DNA of 62,576 bases, the filler included, from Sphacelaria rigidula (Eukaryota), in assembly GCA_964200075.2 (NCBI GenBank). It is 7 parts of 7 records of this genome, joined end to end, with 100 filler letters (N's around TTAATTAATTAA, not from the genome) between each part and the next. Parts side by side here need not be neighbours in the genome. Positions count along the whole stretch, not along the records: positions 53,725 to 62,576 come from CAXNAA020009936.1; 6 more parts are not named here. One strand, given 5' to 3'. The notes beneath the pieces are model-generated. The model was not told the origin of the DNA and searched no databases. It saw only the letters and a list, made by a program, of their open reading frames with translations. Numbering within the stretch: the stretch's first letter is position 1; every line of letters starts with the position of its first letter. Positions 58,501 through 62,576 of this stretch are shown piece by piece. A program made the position numbers and the translations under genes.

Positions 58501-61500
58501 CGGTGTGGGCATCATCTCCCTCCGCCAGCTGTTTACAGCCCAGAACAGTACAGTATATCGATGATATTTTCACAAGCACCACCATGCCATCATGAAGCGG
58601 TATACCTTCGGAAGGGGGGCGGTGCTCTCGCACACAGAGTCGTACACGCAAGAGAGATGATACATGTTAACGTTATAATAGCTGTCCGATGTCCGGTGTG
58701 TAGAGCACTCGGTCGTCTTCGCCATTGCATATCTAAACAATTTCTGTCGCGGTACCGACTGAATCTTTACCGCAAGATGCGCCAACCCTGGCCAAGCGGT
58801 GGGCATCGCGTGAGTACTGTCTGTACGGCACTGATCAACACGAGCCATCCCGAGCAAAATCACGACGGCCAACAATAGAGAGCTACGGTACCAGCATGAA
58901 TGTCGACATAGTCCTTTTCTGGGGTTATGCCATCCGGGAGCATGAAACAACGACAACGACAACGATAGCACCGTCTTATCTCATGCCCCGTATCCAAAGC
59001 CGTGCAGGAAAGATACAGGAGGAGCAAGCTAAGCGCAAATGGAGACTGCAACGCCAATCCTCACCACCGCAATGATACCGCAGGCACGACGACGCTCATA
59101 GCGAACGTTCGATACACCAACCCGTATACAGGAAGACAAAGCACTCCTTGTGGGGCCGTTATTGTCCTGGATACCATCTCTCCGCAGCACGGTCCTGTAC
59201 TGTGGCTGCGGTGGCTGCGGGGACCAGAAGGCCATTGAGCACGAGTGTGACGGAGTACATACTAGAATCAAGTCTGAGTTTTATAATGCGTTATGAAATG
59301 TAGAGGGACGGGAAATAGTTTAAATTAAGTTGTTTGGAATTAGTGTGTGCATTATAAAATTTGACCCGTACCTATGGACCCACCGCCTCCACTTTGAGTA
59401 CTAATCTCCCCGGCTTCAACAGGGCACACCAAAAACTTGATTTGGCATACTGACCTCCCTGACCAGTTCTTCCCGAAGTTCTGGATCTCTTGCCATCATC
59501 TCCGCGACCGGGGTATTGAACGACAACGCCATCAGCATGTCGTGGCACACCGCGGATACATGAGCGTTGGGGGAGGTTGCGCCCCTGAGCGCCACCTTGA
59601 TAATTCCCGCGTTGAGCATGAGCGGCAGCGCGGTCACGCCGTTCGTATCGAGCGAGTAGTGCACCTTCGGGTCCAGTGGGAAATAAAGAGAGGGTCACGC
59701 AGCATGTGGACCATCATACCGAACCTTCTCGCAGGGCAGTGGCTGCAGTCAGAATCATCTTCGAGCCTACGTCGAGCCGGTAGACCAGCTACGAACCCCC
59801 CCGTGCTATATGCGTTCAAAATCGGACCTGGGCGGATGGCAATTCACTTACCCACTCCAGCAGTTCGTAGAGCGACGAGAGATCCCCGGGATCCTCTTCC
59901 GTGGCGTTGGCGATCCGAAAATCGCACCTAAGCGGACAATTTTGACCCCCACCCAACCCCGCCCCCCGTCCCCCCGAAACGGCGGCGGCCACAAACGACG
60001 GAGGTACAAAAATACGTGTTGATGGATCAAGGCGTGCATGAAAAGGTCGACAGTTGGACGCGATTTACCTCTTCAGACTCGTCCTTGCCCAGACAACTGA
60101 TGGAGACGCATGTTTAGACATCTCTCGAAAAGATTGTGCGAGCGAAGTCGACATGAGCACAAAGGTAGGACGGTGCCGGATGGCTACGTTTTCTCCGAGG
60201 TTGTTTGTCTGCACAAATCGAGAATCTACGAGGTATAGCTGTACCCGCTGTTCTCACGGGAATTCACTGAAGCGCTTTCATCGCTTGGTTAACACCAACA
60301 ACGCAGCCATCAGATACACCATATAGTACACGGCGTTACTGTTAGGCTGGCAAGATTGCATCCCCACCGCATCAATACAGTATGCCGTCTGGACCGTAAC
60401 GCGGATAACAGGCTGAAAAAGCACTGGAAAAAGGGGTAACTGCCGATCCAACAGTACAGTGCCTTTACTAGGTGAGAAAAAGAGACGGAGGAAACGGGCA
60501 CCACCGAATAGACAACTGGCTGCAGGTTAACCCTTGGACGGCGATGCGGGTAGTCCACCTGGATCACGCATGATGTTTTCAAGTGAAATGGATGCCAATT
60601 CAGCGGCGACCTACCCTCGCGTTCGAAGGGTGAAGCTGAAATTCTGATGGCATCAAACGATATCCTTACGGGTGCGGCACAGTACCTCTGCACGAGTTGT
60701 GGAAAGTTTTCCCGCTCCAGGGCGGACACGCCCAGCGTCAAGTCTGCCACGGAGAGCGCTGCTGCTGCCAGCCAGGTTATTGGCACTGTGTGGAAAAAAG
60801 AAGCCCCCGATCTTCGACGACGAAAACGAAACATGGAACGCGGAAGTGTGCCGCAGTCAGGTTCCTCTACCGCAGCTGAATAAGTGCATTCACACAGACA
60901 GTAATTACTTCAAGTGAGGTCGATCATTAAACAGCTTAGGCCGTATCTTCACGAGCCAAGAAATAAGAAACAAGAAGAGGAACAAGTGTTCAAAAGCAGC
61001 GCGTTGGTTGGTTCGTTTTGTTGACGCTTGTTTCTTTCTCGCTTCTTATCACGGCCTCGATACGGCACGGCCCCACTGTACGTGTTACAACTTTCAATTT
61101 TCCGCAGGTACTCGGGGGCATACCTGTCACCCGTGTTCTCCCGACCCAGCCGTTGCCTTGATAATGGTCGTTGGCAATGTCGGGTTAACGGGTCAGGCAG
61201 TTCAACGCGACGAGGGGTTTGTACGCGCCGAGTCAAACGATGGCGTTCAATGCGCAACGTAATCCGCGATTGTGTCATCGGTACTGCAGAGCATTCTACT
61301 GCGAAGCTCTAAGCTGTAGGTGAAGTACAGGTGTTACCATCTCGTTTCGGCGTGCTGGATAGAGCCAGCGCGGGAAGCACCTTAAACTCGATTCGAGAAG
61401 ATTTGAATAGCGCTGCTGCTTTCAAAATGACGTTTTATACCCACATCGCTGCACTACCGGAGCGGCTGTAGAGTTCTGAGTGTGGCACTGTTTGATCTAC

Positions 61501-62576
61501 TCAGTCGCTGAAGCCACTAACAGGTAGCTGTCATTGTCGATTGCCGGTCAGAGTGGAGGTTACCAAGTTTGAAAAAAGCGTCGTGTCACAGTGCAAGATG
61601 ATTGTCTGTAGTTGGATGTGCGTGAAATCGAGAACATTTTTTCAAATTTTGCACAGAGCGTGAGCGATAGAGTGCTCGCCATGGGTACGATACTGAAGAT
61701 ACCAACTCTTACAGCAAATGCAGCAACCAGGCGAACGAGAAGATGCCCTGTGCACAAGTTATGCTGTTATACTTTTCAGGTGCCGCTATGCATACCCAAA
61801 ACAGAAATGTGCTCTGGCGACACATAAAAGCAGAAGTGCCTGTGTCACCTTTGAGACAAGGCATTTCTTGCGCTGGACGAACGCCGTCGAATGCACACAC
61901 CTTCCAGATCCGCTATGTTGCTGCCACTCGCTCCCACCTCTTCGGCTACCCGGGTGCCAACTTTCACCACCTGAAGGCGGCACAGAACGGCCCGTACCAC
62001 CGTAGCTAGCAGCCTTGCTTGTCGAGGTGGTGTACCTCAACAGCTTTGAGCCATGCCGTCCTGGGTCTGCGGCACAAATAGAGTTGCTGCCATTGAGCAG
62101 CACTACCCCGTTGCTAATCGAGCATTGTAGCGCTTTTCGCTGGCAGTACGAGATTTCAGATGAATTCAGTAGGTGATGCCTTACCCTATTGGTCAACATC
62201 GTCGTCAGAATGATCACGGAGGATCAAGTTGGCATGCAGCGTTGGTCGAGATGAGGGTGCAATCCACCGTAGTTTCGCCACACTAGTATGCCGTTCAACA
62301 GTTCCCGTAGTTTGATCATGTCATGCAGATCGTACGGGTCATGCAGGTCGTCGTGGTTCACCTACACTTACTTGTACAAGGATTCCTGTGCTGAAGTGTG
62401 GTGCGTTTGAGCCCTGTGAATATGGTTTGATTTGCGGTGGGGATGGCCTGAACTGCTGTATCTCTGCTGTTGTTGTGTCCCACTCGGTATGAGAATTGTA
62501 GTCGGCGCGCACTCCCCGCTACGAGCTGGGCCAGCCAAAAAACGGATTTAAGCTCTAACAGCAATATCTCATCGAC
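55540..62576 (-). CDS. Multi-exon protein-coding gene of unknown function, possibly ARM/helical-repeat; 5' end beyond the window; exon model partial
   Basis: AG/GT-bounded open segments: 59455-59664, 57308-58134 and 56803-57041 (the last two phase-compatible). Weaker candidates at ~62362-62576, 61849-62186, 61130-61300, 60686-60874, 56375-56513 and 55540-55717. Confidence 0.5.
56196..56323 (+). repeat. Dispersed repeat family D
   Basis: Matches 54035-54168. Confidence 0.75.
56803..57041 (-). CDS. Exon of the unknown gene
   Basis: CAG|ACA...AG|GTGAAT; encodes EVDQKLVEEVMWAVGPVFQEVRQETSALLLEISSDAQMVELLMR (amphipathic helices). Confidence 0.55.
57308..58134 (-). CDS. Large exon of the unknown gene
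   Basis: TTACAG| and |GTGAGC; 827-bp open frame with helical segments and S/E/D-rich low-complexity linkers. Confidence 0.65.
59455..59664 (-). CDS. Exon of the unknown gene, armadillo-like segment
   Basis: AAG| and |GTCAGT; 70 codons VHYSLDTNGVTALPLMLNAGIIKVALRGATSPNAHVSAVCHDMLMALSFN... Confidence 0.6.

Overview
This is eukaryotic nuclear DNA, not a prokaryotic locus. The intron style, ~50% GC and transposon families suggest a stramenopile, probably a brown alga (inference). It is not one locus. Six identical 100-bp linkers (N44-TTAATTAATTAA-N44) join seven unrelated scaffolds of 8855, 8854, 8854, 8854, 8854, 8853 and 8852 bp, as in a size-sorted unplaced-scaffold pseudomolecule. Scaffold 1: palindrome arrays plus an RTE-type LINE split by a decayed chromodomain Ty3/gypsy, both carrying MITE insertions. 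Scaffold 2: non-coding repeat arrays and a LINE 3' end. Scaffold 3: a copia 3' end, a near-complete decayed Ty1/copia with both LTRs, and a DIRS/Ngaro-type tyrosine recombinase fragment. Scaffold 4: a decayed Ty3/gypsy whose integrase ends in a chromodomain plus a PWWP/Tudor-like module. Scaffold 5: four in-phase exons of RNA polymerase I subunit A49 (RPA49/PAF53), with a Harbinger-type element carrying a 217-bp foldback in an intron. Scaffold 6: a pure 63-bp satellite with variable higher-order structure. Scaffold 7: a multi-exon gene of unknown function. I cannot support a complete new biological system. The best leads are the double-reader gypsy integrase, the intronic foldback, the GAG..CTC/4-bp-TSD element, the palindromic arrays and the satellite.
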